DNA from: Thermodesulfobacteriota bacterium
GTDB taxonomy: Bacteria; Desulfobacterota_D; UBA1144; Nemesobacterales; JAJCZQ01
NCBI GenBank assembly: GCA_965203965.1
Contig: CBDBDR010000017.1
Coordinates: forward strand, 512,001-576,000
Length of the DNA stretch: 64,000 nt
Reading direction: 5' to 3'
Shown: positions 62,490 to 64,000 of the stretch, piece after piece
Layout: every line of letters begins with the position of its first letter
Position numbering within the stretch: the first letter of the stretch is position 1
Program-made: the position numbers and the translations under genes
Notes under the pieces: model-generated
Databases searched by the model: none
What the model was told of the DNA's origin: nothing
Seen by the model: the letters and a program-made list of their open reading frames with translations, nothing else

Positions 62490-62704
62490 AGAAACTTCTC
62501 CTCATCTATGTAGATAAAACTTTATATAATACAAAAACTGAAAAAAAAAGCCAGTATAATTTAATAATACTTGATACTCAAAAGGTTGGAAATTGAGGAA
62601 TTTTTTAACTTTTAATTAACTATATAGAATTTTTGAAAACAAAATATAAAAAATAACATATAATTAAATGCACTGAAAATAATACCAACTTTGTAACAAC
62701 TTTT

Positions 62705-63196
62705 ATGATAAAAAAAATAACACTTTACCGTCACGGCAAATCTGATTGGTTAGCTGACTATGGCTCTGACCATGATAGACCTCTTGCCAAAAGAGGTATC
62801 AAAAGCGCAAAAATAATGGGAAGGCTATTGGCAAAATCCAATCAAATACCGGATCTTGCAGTCACATCTACTGCCGTTAGAGCTAGACAAACACTTGAAA
62901 TTTCAATACTTGCAGGCAAATGGAATTGTGATGTAATAGAAAATGCAAAACTGTATTATGGACCTGTTGAAGAAATTTTTGAGACTGTTAAATCCATTTC
63001 AGACAAATACAGTAGTGTTATTCTGGTAGGACACGAACCAAAATTATCTACTCTTGCCAACTTAATGACCAACAGCGATAACACCGTATTTAAAACAGCA
63101 ACAATGGCACGAATTAACTTTAACAAAGAAAGGTGGAAAAAAATTAAATTTGGAGATGGAGAACTTAAATGGTTACAAAAACCTCAACTTTGTTGA
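62705..63196 (+). CDS. SixA-like histidine phosphatase
   Basis: RHGKS, DHDRPL..RG, STAVRARQT, VGHEP. Confidence 0.88.
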   Translation: MIKKITLYRHGKSDWLADYGSDHDRPLAKRGIKSAKIMGRLLAKSNQIPDLAVTSTAVRARQTLEISILAGKWNCDVIENAKLYYGPVEEIFETVKSISDKYSSVILVGHEPKLSTLANLMTNSDNTVFKTATMARINFNKERWKKIKFGDGELKWLQKPQLC

Positions 63197-63209
63197 ACTT
63201 TAAAAGTCT

Positions 63210-63959
63210 TTAATTCTTCTCTTTATTCTGTTTGTTAGAATCAGGTTCAGTAACTTTTATTTCATCACGTTGTGAGGAGGTTTCTGGACTTTCATCAGCA
63301 GATTTTGGTTCTTCTATTTCAACTTCATCCGCAACATCAGATTCGATCTTACCTGCTTCAGACTCAAACACTTTCTTCTCGGAAGACTGGTCTGTGACGT
63401 TCATAGATTCAACGGGCACATCGTCTCGCACATCTTTATCTGATAACATTGTTTTAGCGTCAGAATCTTTTAAAGTATTTTCAACCAAGCCAAGCTCTTT
63501 GGCAGACTCTTTTTTATTGCTTTTCACTGAACTGGAATCTTTTTTTCCTGTTTCAGTTTTAGCTTTCACTTTGGTGCCTTTCTTTTTAGATTTGGTTCTA
63601 TATTTATCCTGAATTAACTCAACAAGAGATATTGGAGCACCATCTCCTTTTCTGAAACCAAGTTTTACTATTCTTGTGTAACCACCCGGACGGTCTCTGT
63701 TTTTTTCAGCAATCTCGGAAAACAACTTCTTCAAAACCTCTTTGTCTTTTAAATGAGAAGCTGCTTGTCTTCTATGTTGTAGTGTGCCTTTTTTAGCCAT
63801 AGTTATTAGTTTTTCGGCAAACCTTCGTACCTCTTTTGCTCGCATATCCGTAGTCTTTATACTGTCATGCCTGAAAAGAGACATAGTCAAGTTCCTCAAC
63901 ATAGCCGTCCTATGCTTTGTTACAACTCCAAGTTTTCTACCAACTCTTCTGTGCCTCAT
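63210..63959 (-). CDS. rplQ: 50S ribosomal protein L17 with long C-terminal extension
   Basis: MRHRR..RKLG, IKTT..RAKE, RPGGYTRIVKLGFRKGDGA. Confidence 0.95.
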   Translation of the reverse strand: MRHRRVGRKLGVVTKHRTAMLRNLTMSLFRHDSIKTTDMRAKEVRRFAEKLITMAKKGTLQHRRQAASHLKDKEVLKKLFSEIAEKNRDRPGGYTRIVKLGFRKGDGAPISLVELIQDKYRTKSKKKGTKVKAKTETGKKDSSSVKSNKKESAKELGLVENTLKDSDAKTMLSDKDVRDDVPVESMNVTDQSSEKKVFESEAGKIESDVADEVEIEEPKSADESPETSSQRDEIKVTEPDSNKQNKEKN

Positions 63960-63977
63960 ACTAATTCTCCAATACTT

Positions 63978-64000
63978 CTATTCAGCATCTTCATTCATAC
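63978..64000 (-). CDS. Probable 3' end of rpoA (partial)
   Basis: Reads (G)MNEDAE-TAG just upstream of rplQ, the usual position of rpoA; only 7 codons visible. Confidence 0.4.

Overview
AT-rich bacterial chromosomal segment (Gram-negative, deltaproteobacteria-like gene content; the taxon cannot be fixed from sequence alone). It is mostly housekeeping genes: TCA cycle (icd, mdh, three-subunit succinate dehydrogenase, sucC), an rpoH-dnaK-grpE-dnaK2-dnaJ cluster, thrC-like plus sulfur carrier, metH, hisS, pyruvate dehydrogenase and lipoylation genes, ileS, PBP1A, coaX, guaBA, mltG, proB, two tRNA-Gly genes, mepA, the glyoxylate shunt and rplQ. A small accessory islet at 19.6-22.9 kb holds a Type II restriction-modification pair, a small ORF, inverted REP-like hairpins and a pentapeptide-repeat protein. 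The strongest unusual signals are: (1) a MoxR/RavA-like AAA+ gene and a VWA gene joined at an A9 tract where the -1 frame opens exactly, suggesting a programmed frameshift or slippage that yields both a free ATPase and a ~703-aa AAA-linker-VWA fusion (a homopolymer sequencing error is the alternative); (2) a 28-bp dif-like XerC/D site at 40923-40950 where gene strand bias flips, i.e. a probable replication terminus only ~22 kb from rplQ; (3) a promoter+tRNA-Gly tandem duplication with an anticodon change (GCC/CCC); (4) an IleRS lacking most Zn-ligand cysteines and carrying perfect in-frame duplications; (5) mycobacterial-type Sdh1 and ICL2 enzymes. All family assignments come from motif recognition, not database searches.
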